DNA from: Methanothrix sp.
Lineage (GTDB): Archaea > Halobacteriota > Methanosarcinia > Methanotrichales > Methanotrichaceae
Assembly (NCBI GenBank): GCA_040770465.1
Contig: JAXGJB010000045.1
Span: 1-21,322 of the forward strand
Reading direction: 5' to 3'
DNA: 21,322 bases
The position numbers were made by a program, and so were the translations under genes. Positions 15,672 to 21,322 of this stretch are shown here, one piece after another; within the stretch, counting starts at the first letter, position 1; every line of letters begins with the position of its first letter. The notes below the pieces were generated by a model, which saw only the letters and a list, made by a program, of their open reading frames with translations, searched no databases and had not been told where the DNA came from.

Positions 15672-16340
15672 TCACCGGAGGCACCCCGCCCTCGCCTTCT
15701 CCCTTTCTCCTGAGAGCGCAAAGCCCATGCTCTTCAAAAGCTCGGGCGTCCTCCCCTGTCCATGGATCAGGACCTCCACCAGGTCTGAGGGCTCGTCGAT
15801 GTCGGTTGAACACCGGAACGACTCGAATATCCCGGCCGAGATGCCCAGGTCCTCTGCCTTTTTGAGGTGCTTTAAAAAGCTCAGGCCGTAGTAGCTGACC
15901 CTGAACACTGGGTTTCTGATCAGAATCAGGTTTGTTCCGCCCCCCCTCCCCGGAGCGATCACCACGTCGCCGGGAGTGCCGACGAGATCGGCGATATCGG
16001 AAGGCCTCATCAGGGGGAGGTCCGCCATGGCGATCAAGATCTCCGAAGGCCAGCCTTTCTCCTCCTCGGCCGCGATCACAGCGTTCAAAGCCGGGTCCAG
16101 CTCCCGGGGGCATTCGAGGATAGTAAAACCCTCCCTGGACCTGAGCCGGTCGAAGCTTTCCCCTTCAGGGATAGGATCTTTCATCAAAATCGCGACTTCG
16201 CCGAGCCCCGAGACGGCATCGATCACGTCCTCCAGCATCGCCAGGGCGAGCTTCTCCCTCTCCTCGGAAGATAAGACCGATGAGAGCCTGCTCTTGGCGC
16301 AGTCGAGCTTGAAGGGTATGACAACTTTTATCGGACGCAT
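15672..16340 (-). CDS. cofC: 2-phospho-L-lactate guanylyltransferase (F420 biosynthesis)
   Basis: VIPFK...KSRLS..L...ER..LA.AML.DV, MADLPL, GRGGGTN, YYG.SF..H and DIDEP.DL.E. Confidence 0.92.
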   Translation of the reverse strand: MRPIKVVIPFKLDCAKSRLSSVLSSEEREKLALAMLEDVIDAVSGLGEVAILMKDPIPEGESFDRLRSREGFTILECPRELDPALNAVIAAEEEKGWPSEILIAMADLPLMRPSDIADLVGTPGDVVIAPGRGGGTNLILIRNPVFRVSYYGLSFLKHLKKAEDLGISAGIFESFRCSTDIDEPSDLVEVLIHGQGRTPELLKSMGFALSGEREKARAGCLR

Positions 16341-16361
16341 AAAATATCGCTGAGATCGTCG

Positions 16362-17093
16362 CTATCTCCCTTGGAGGCGGGCCCTGATCACGTCAAGCTC
16401 CCTCGGCCGAAAGAGCCTGCCTCCCGCCCTGGGAACCTCAAGCCCCCGCACCACGACGACGGGGGTGCCGTCCCCCCCCTCGCCCATCAGGAGGTTTGCC
16501 ATCCCGGCGACCTCGTCCGCGATCGCCTCCAGGGTGATCTCAAGCTCCCTTCCCTCTCGGTCCCGCTCTCCCCGCCAGTCCTTGAGGGCAGCGATCCCCG
16601 ACCAGCCGATGGCGACCCCGGCGACGCCGCAGCGGAAGGCCCGGCCGCAGGTGTCGGTGACGATGACGGCGCAGTCTTTTTGCAGCCCCATCCTGATCCG
16701 GTCGGCGCTGGCTCCGGGGTTTTCCGGAAGAAGAAGGATCCGGCCATCGCTGACGTTGGACCGATCGATCCCGGCGTTGACCCCGATGTGGCCGAACTTC
16801 GTCGCCACCAGTAGGAACGGCCGGTCGAGAAGAACATCCTCTGACTCCTCCAGGACCGCCTGGACGAAACTCGGGTCCTTGTCGAGCCGTTTCGCTATCT
16901 CCTCGGCCCGAGCCGAGGGGGCGTAATCCTCGAGCTTTCTCGCCCTCCCCTCCGACTTCGAGACGACGGTGGAGGCGATGCAGATGACGTCTCCGTCCCG
17001 GATCGGGAAGCGATCACGGATCATCGCCGCGAGGTCGTCACCCTCGCCGATGGAGGGCAGGCCCTTCACAAGATGGCAGCAGACCAGGTCCAT
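16362..17093 (-). CDS. cofE: Coenzyme F420-0:L-glutamate ligase
   Basis: GLP.I.EGDDL, VSKSEGR, NAGIDRSN, LLPENP, TDTCGRAFR.G, D.RG..D..GR.L and MGEG..G.PVV.VRG. Confidence 0.93.
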   Translation of the reverse strand: MDLVCCHLVKGLPSIGEGDDLAAMIRDRFPIRDGDVICIASTVVSKSEGRARKLEDYAPSARAEEIAKRLDKDPSFVQAVLEESEDVLLDRPFLLVATKFGHIGVNAGIDRSNVSDGRILLLPENPGASADRIRMGLQKDCAVIVTDTCGRAFRCGVAGVAIGWSGIAALKDWRGERDREGRELEITLEAIADEVAGMANLLMGEGGDGTPVVVVRGLEVPRAGGRLFRPRELDVIRARLQGR

Positions 17094-17121
17094 CTAAACC
17101 GGCTCCGGGGACGGCCCAAAT

Positions 17122-17355
17122 CTACCTGAACCGCTCCTCGTAAGGCTTTCTGCTCAGGTAGTACAGCCTCGCATGTACCAGAAGGTCGAGGAGGTAGGAG
17201 TAGTTCTCGGCGACGATGGCGAGCCTTTCGTCGGTTCTCTCCTCCCAGGGGAGGGAGTTGTAGCTCTCGGCAAAGGGCATCCAGAAGTCTGTCGGGGTGA
17301 ACTCCATCAGGTACAGATGCCGGTCCGTGAAGGTGAGGCCGATCTCTGGCTCCAT
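17122..17355 (-). CDS. Hypothetical protein (77 aa)
   Basis: ATG 17355 lies 10 nt after the aIF2-beta stop; host-like codon usage; fills the operon gap before cofE. Confidence 0.7.
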   Translation of the reverse strand: MEPEIGLTFTDRHLYLMEFTPTDFWMPFAESYNSLPWEERTDERLAIVAENYSYLLDLLVHARLYYLSRKPYEERFR

Positions 17356-17365
17356 ATCTGCCGCC

Positions 17366-17995
17366 TCAGGACGAGCCCTTCCTCTCCACAACCTCTGAGA
17401 AGGCGAGGGTTCCGCTGATCTTCTTGATCTTGGCCCGGACGATGTCGCCCTTCGCCGTCCCCGGAACGAAGATCATGAACTTGTCGACCCGAGCGATCCC
17501 GTCGCCCTTCCTTCCCACCGAGTCGATCCGGAGCTCGTAGGTCTCGCCCTCTTCGATGACGTCCTTGGGGACGACCGTCTTCGTCTTCCTCTTTCGCACA
17601 GGCCGGTGAGCCCCGCAGGCCTCGCACTTGAGCATCAGCACCCGATCGCTTCTGATGAGCTGGGTGTCGGGCCTGTGGCACTCGGAACAGATGACGTACT
17701 CCTGGACGTAAGAGTCGATGTGACGTTCGAGGCTCTGCTCCGTGAACCTGCCTTGAAATACGGCGTGCTGACCCTCGATCTTGCCGGCGGTCCCCATCTC
17801 CTGGAGGATGAACTTCATAAGGTGGTCAGGGTCCCGGTTCAGGGCGTCGGCGATGCCGGCGAAGTTCTCGAGGACCGTCGTCTTCCCCTCGTAGAAGATC
17901 TTGGGCGGGGGTATCACGAACCTGTCCTCGGTTCCCCTGGAGGCGGGCAGCCTGCTCATGGCCCGATCGAGCCCTTTCATGTAGTCTTCCATCAA
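17366..17995 (-). CDS. eif2b: Translation initiation factor 2 beta subunit with C-terminal TRAM domain
   Basis: RF.IP, T...NF..IA..LNRDP.HL.KF, Zn finger CSEC.RPDT...CEACGA, and TRAM domain ([15 protein letters not shown]). The true start may be ATG 17992. Confidence 0.93.
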   Translation of the reverse strand: MMEDYMKGLDRAMSRLPASRGTEDRFVIPPPKIFYEGKTTVLENFAGIADALNRDPDHLMKFILQEMGTAGKIEGQHAVFQGRFTEQSLERHIDSYVQEYVICSECHRPDTQLIRSDRVLMLKCEACGAHRPVRKRKTKTVVPKDVIEEGETYELRIDSVGRKGDGIARVDKFMIFVPGTAKGDIVRAKIKKISGTLAFSEVVERKGSS

Positions 17996-18013
17996 AACAC
18001 CGATCGACCTCGA

Positions 18014-18529
18014 TTATTTGATGAGTTCGGCGCCCTTGTCTACCACGATGTAGACCGGTGTGGGCAGCTTCTGTCCTGCTCTTCTCAGAGCGAGCTTGGC
18101 CTGGGGGACGTTCGAGGGCGTGGTGCTGACGGAGAATACCTTCTGGTCTGCATCCACCCTTGCCGCCGTCCCGACGGCCTTTCCGAAGGCGTGGCGCATG
18201 CCGCTACTGACTCTGTCTGCCCCGGCCCCGGTGGCCTGCTTGTTCTCCCTGAGTACCTGGTGGGGGTACACCCTCAGCTTCATGTGGAAGTTGAGCCTGC
18301 CCACGTAAGTCATGAGGTAACGGTTTGCGGTGATCCTGGCGGCTTCAAGAGCCGTGTGCCTGATCTGGCAGGGCTCCCTGACCACCAGGGTCAGAGTGAC
18401 TGGAAACTCGGTGTTGAGGTTGCCCATGTCGTAGTGGACGACCTTGCTTCCCGGAACGCCCCCCATATACTGTCTTCTGGTGTAGGGGCGCTCCAGCCGT
18501 CTGTACATGCTTGCTGGTTTACGTGCCAA
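18014..18529 (-). CDS. rpl10e: 50S ribosomal protein L10e (uL16), TTG start
   Basis: [22 protein letters not shown] and [29 protein letters not shown]. Confidence 0.97.
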   Translation of the reverse strand: MARKPASMYRRLERPYTRRQYMGGVPGSKVVHYDMGNLNTEFPVTLTLVVREPCQIRHTALEAARITANRYLMTYVGRLNFHMKLRVYPHQVLRENKQATGAGADRVSSGMRHAFGKAVGTAARVDADQKVFSVSTTPSNVPQAKLALRRAGQKLPTPVYIVVDKGAELIK

Positions 18530-18577
18530 AACTGAATTCCTCCAAAGTGAACTTGAGCCTGCCTAATACATCCATAT

Positions 18578-18591
18578 GGTTTATAAGCGTT
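18578..18591 (-). promoter_or_regulatory. Putative BRE/TATA promoter for the rpl10e operon
   Basis: Minus strand reads AACGCTTATAAACC about 50 nt upstream of the start. Confidence 0.55.
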
Positions 18592-18623
18592 GGGGGGGGG
18601 TGACGGCCGGAGCCGAGCTGGGG

Positions 18624-18655
18624 GCAGGGCCCCTCTCTGGATCCGAGGGGCCTGC
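18624..18655 (-). terminator. GC-rich hairpin downstream of gatD
   Basis: GCAGGGCCCCTC (18624-18635) / GAGGGGCCTGC (18645-18655) imperfect inverted repeat. Confidence 0.5.
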
Positions 18656-18670
18656 GATCTGACTTGAAGT

Positions 18671-19921
18671 TCAAACCGTCGTCGGGGTCGAGGACGAGAT
18701 CTCTCCTGCCAGGGGGGTCCTCATCAGCGCCTTCGCCTCCTCGACGGAAGGCGTGTTGGCGAGGGCCCACATCATCTTCACCAGGGCCACCTCGGGGAGG
18801 ATGTCTCCGCCCTCGATCCCTCCCGCGGCGAGCATGTCCCTCCCCGTGTCGTAGACCCGATCGCAGATCCTGCCCCGGATGCACTGGGAGGTTATCACCA
18901 CCGGGATCCCGGCGTCGGTGGCGGACTTTATCATCTCAACCCAGTCGGAGGCGACGTGGCCAAGGCCCGTCCCCTCCAGGACAATCCCCCTGTACCCGGA
19001 GCTTATATAATGCTCGAATATCTCGGGGCTAGCTCCGGGGAAGTACTTGACCAGGGCGCATCTCGGCTCAAGCCTGTCGTTCACCTCAAGGTCGACCTCG
19101 CCCCTCCTGCGGCAGTCCCCCAGAATCTCGATCTTCCGGGATGGGTAGTCGACCCTGGCGATTGCGTGCTGGTTTATGCTCCGGAAGGCGTCTCTCCGAG
19201 AAGTGTGCATCTTCCGGACCCGGGTTCCCCGATGGACTAGACAGAAGTCGTCGCTGGTGGACCCGTGCATCACCACCGTCACCTCTGCGATATCGCTCGT
19301 CGCAACGCTTGCCGCAGAGATGGCGTTCATGGCGGCGTCGCTGCTGGGCCGGTCGGAGGACCGCTGGGAGCCGACCACGACGATCGGAACCGGAGTTTTC
19401 ACCATGAAAGAGAGGGCTGCGGCGGTGTAGGTCATGGTGTCTGTCCCGTGGGTGACGATGACGCCGTCGGCCCCTCCCTCTATCTCCGAGCCGACGGCCC
19501 TCGCCAGGACCTGCCAGTACTCAGCCTTCATGTTCTCGCTGAGGATATTGTAGATCACCTTGCCTTCGTAGTTGGCGACCTCCAGGAGTTCGGGGATCGA
19601 GGATATGATGTCCTCGGCCGAGAACTGGCTGGTGACGGCCCCGGTCCTGTAGTCCACCTTGCTCGCGATCGTCCCCCCGGTGGAGAGGATCGAGACCTTC
19701 GGGAGCCCTTCCCGGTGCCGGAGGGGCGGGGGCGGGGGGACTTTGAGAGGCTTTCCCTTGCCCAGAAGCTCCACTGCGGACCGATCCGGATCGAAGCCGG
19801 CGTTGTAGCCGCTGTCCATCTTTATGACGATCTTTCCGCTCACCGAGGGCATCAGAACCCCCTCGCGCCGGACGCCGTCTTTTGTGACCGCTATTCTGTC
19901 CCCCAGTTCCAGCATGATCAA
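18671..19921 (-). CDS. gatD: Glutamyl-tRNA(Gln) amidotransferase subunit D
   Basis: N-terminal domain ([10 protein letters not shown]), [46 protein letters not shown] and GTGLGH. Start is TTG 19921 or ATG 19915. Confidence 0.95.
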   Translation of the reverse strand: MIMLELGDRIAVTKDGVRREGVLMPSVSGKIVIKMDSGYNAGFDPDRSAVELLGKGKPLKVPPPPPLRHREGLPKVSILSTGGTIASKVDYRTGAVTSQFSAEDIISSIPELLEVANYEGKVIYNILSENMKAEYWQVLARAVGSEIEGGADGVIVTHGTDTMTYTAAALSFMVKTPVPIVVVGSQRSSDRPSSDAAMNAISAASVATSDIAEVTVVMHGSTSDDFCLVHRGTRVRKMHTSRRDAFRSINQHAIARVDYPSRKIEILGDCRRRGEVDLEVNDRLEPRCALVKYFPGASPEIFEHYISSGYRGIVLEGTGLGHVASDWVEMIKSATDAGIPVVITSQCIRGRICDRVYDTGRDMLAAGGIEGGDILPEVALVKMMWALANTPSVEEAKALMRTPLAGEISSSTPTTV

Positions 19922-20068
19922 ATCAGCTCCTGCCTTCCTTTCGGCAGAGTGTGATGCAGGGGGGTGAAAAACGTTCCCCTCAACTCAATCAAATAATCTC
20001 ATAATATGACGGCTGAACGAAAGCCGATTAATACGAGCTTGATCGAAGCTCTTGCCGGGTGGAGATAG

Positions 20069-20602
20069 ATGATCTACTTCGTCACCGGAAACAGGGGCAA
20101 GTTCGAGGAGGCAAAGGGGGTCCTCGGGGATGTGGAGCAGAGAAACCTCGGGTACACCGAGATTCAGGCGGACACCCTGGAGGAGGTGGCCGCCTTCGGC
20201 ATAAAAGAGGTCACAGAGAAGCTGACGGGTCCCGTGATGATCGAGGATGCGGGGCTCTTCATCGACGCGCTCCGGGGTTTTCCCGGGGTCTACTCAGCCT
20301 ACGTCTTTGACACCATCGGAAACGAGGGGATCCTGCGGCTTCTGGATGGGGCCCAGGACCGGAGGGCGGTCTTCCGGTCGGTCCTGGCATACGCGGAGCC
20401 GGGGACGGAGCCGATCTTCTTTAGCGGAGAGCTGGCGGGCGAGATCGCCTCCGGACCCCGTGGGTCCGGGGGATTCGGGTACGACCCCATCTTCGAGGTG
20501 GGAGGAAAGACGATCGCAGAGATGAATCTCGCGGAGAAGAACAGTATATCTCATCGGGGCGCCTCGATCCACGCCCTGAGAGAATGGCTATCGACCCGGT
20601 GA
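20069..20602 (+). CDS. rdgB: Non-canonical purine NTP pyrophosphatase (RdgB/HAM1)
   Basis: FVTGN.GKF.E, EDAGLFI.AL.GFPGVYS, GFGYDPIF and EKN.ISHRG. Confidence 0.94.
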   Translation: MIYFVTGNRGKFEEAKGVLGDVEQRNLGYTEIQADTLEEVAAFGIKEVTEKLTGPVMIEDAGLFIDALRGFPGVYSAYVFDTIGNEGILRLLDGAQDRRAVFRSVLAYAEPGTEPIFFSGELAGEIASGPRGSGGFGYDPIFEVGGKTIAEMNLAEKNSISHRGASIHALREWLSTR

Positions 20603-20616
20603 TAGAGCCAGCCGCC

Positions 20617-20739
20617 TCATCGGCGCCACCTTCCATCGGTGCTGACCTCCATCACCACATCCAGCCATCGGCACCGCCTTCAGCACCACCTTCGGCACCA
20701 CAATCGGCGCTCCCATCGGCGTCCCTTCCTTCAGCACTT
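20617..20739. repeat. Degenerate 12-bp tandem repeat (consensus CCWTCGGCRCCA)
   Basis: Five contiguous units at 20665-20724 (ccatcggcaccg, ccttcagcacca, ccttcggcacca, caatcggcgctc, ccatcggcgtcc) plus related copies at 20617, 20633 and 20728. Confidence 0.7.
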
Positions 20740-21012
20740 TTTTCTCTTCTGAAGAACGCACTTGGGGAGCATCCGGCTGTCGATCGTCTTTATCCGAGGG
20801 GCCTGGACGGCGGAGATGTAGAGGGTCCTCCCCTCGACCTCGACCGTTTTGTCCATCGGCTTTGGGGGGCTGAGCCTCACCGGAAGGAGGATCGGCCCCT
20901 CGCAGGTGGTGCATATCCGAAGCTCAGAGAAGCTGTTTTTTATGTAGTCCACAAGTTCGGGGGATATCGTTGGGGTGGGACCGAGATCCTTTTTGGCGGG
21001 TTTCGCGGCCAT
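20731..21012 (-). CDS. Hypothetical protein with a CxxC motif (possible HesB/IscA-like fold)
   Basis: ISPE.VDYI...LRICTTCEGP.....PPKP.D..VEV.G..LYIS pattern; host-like codon usage. Confidence 0.7.
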   Translation of the reverse strand: MAAKPAKKDLGPTPTISPELVDYIKNSFSELRICTTCEGPILLPVRLSPPKPMDKTVEVEGRTLYISAVQAPRIKTIDSRMLPKCVLQKRKKC

Positions 21013-21163
21013 CGTGATGGTGATCTACCCTCCCCTAGAAATAGTATCCTTCTCCAAGTATCCTTCACCATCCGGCGTCCAGCTCTTCCTCACCCGCTCC
21101 ATCCCCCCACCTGCAGACCTGCAGACGGCAGATCTTTTATACGCCTGGAGGCGAGCCATAATC

Positions 21164-21322
21164 GTGGCTCGGAGGAAGAAGGGATACTACAGGGCGAAGG
21201 ACATGGCCAGGCAGAGGATCGAGAGGCTCTTCGTCCTCGCCGAGGAGGAGCACAGCCACCATCCCGAGAGGAGCGACCGGTACGTCGCCCTCGCGAGGAG
21301 GATGGGGATGAGGATGAGGGTC
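21164..21322 (+). CDS. rnp4: Ribonuclease P protein component 4 (Rpp21), 5' part, truncated by the window end
   Basis: GTG start; manual translation MARRKKGYYRAKDMARQRIERLFVLAEEEHSHHPERSDRYVALARRMGMRMRV matches the Rpp21 N-terminal A..RI..LF..A...RYV.LAR pattern. Confidence 0.85.
   Translation, partial: MARRKKGYYRAKDMARQRIERLFVLAEEEHSHHPERSDRYVALARRMGMRMRV

Noticed and set aside
15437-15865. 142-aa ORF from the track
   Set aside because: Only its middle is the Cys-rich frame of the interrupted gene at 15408-15641; the rest runs antisense into cofC.
18592-18600. G9 tract (and G7-G8 tracts at ~4581, ~6371, ~14989) as phase-variation sites
   Set aside because: The coding tracts are in frame within housekeeping genes, and G-runs are common in this GC-rich sequence; there is no evidence of switching.
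20588-20914. 108-aa alternative minus-strand ORF across the 12-bp repeat
   Set aside because: It overlaps the better-supported 20731..21012 gene in another frame and the rdgB 3' end; no RBS or motif.

Overview
GC-rich archaeal chromosomal window from a methanogen of the Methanosarcinales/Methanotrichales, most like Methanothrix (Methanosaeta). This is inferred from hdrED, cofC/cofE, gatD, rpl10e, aIF2-beta, an AMA-type AAA ATPase and GGTGA-type ribosome-binding sites. Most of the window is housekeeping: hdrE-hdrD; HD hydrolase-DUF61-repeat protein-thiDN; rps17e-dapA-dapB-Zn-ribbon protein-J-domain protein; AMA ATPase; ACT-domain regulator; rpl10e-aIF2beta-hypothetical-cofE-cofC; gatD; rdgB; and the 5' end of rnp4. 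An AT-richer accessory islet (~12.0-14.8 kb) holds two secreted hypotheticals, an orphan ORF and a divergent pair of small winged-helix proteins. Several features are missed by the ORF track: (1) a Cys-rich DUF3795-like gene broken by three +1 insertions, all explicable as TG->TAG; (2) a J-domain gene that apparently starts at ATA; (3) a 30-aa membrane peptide gene; (4) a degenerate 12-bp tandem repeat. Other oddities are a protein with four AbrB/SpoVT-like repeats, an acidic CX4C tail on HdrD and a 5x34-aa helical repeat protein. No rRNA, tRNA, CRISPR array or intact mobile element was recognised. All family assignments are from motif recognition by eye, not database searches.
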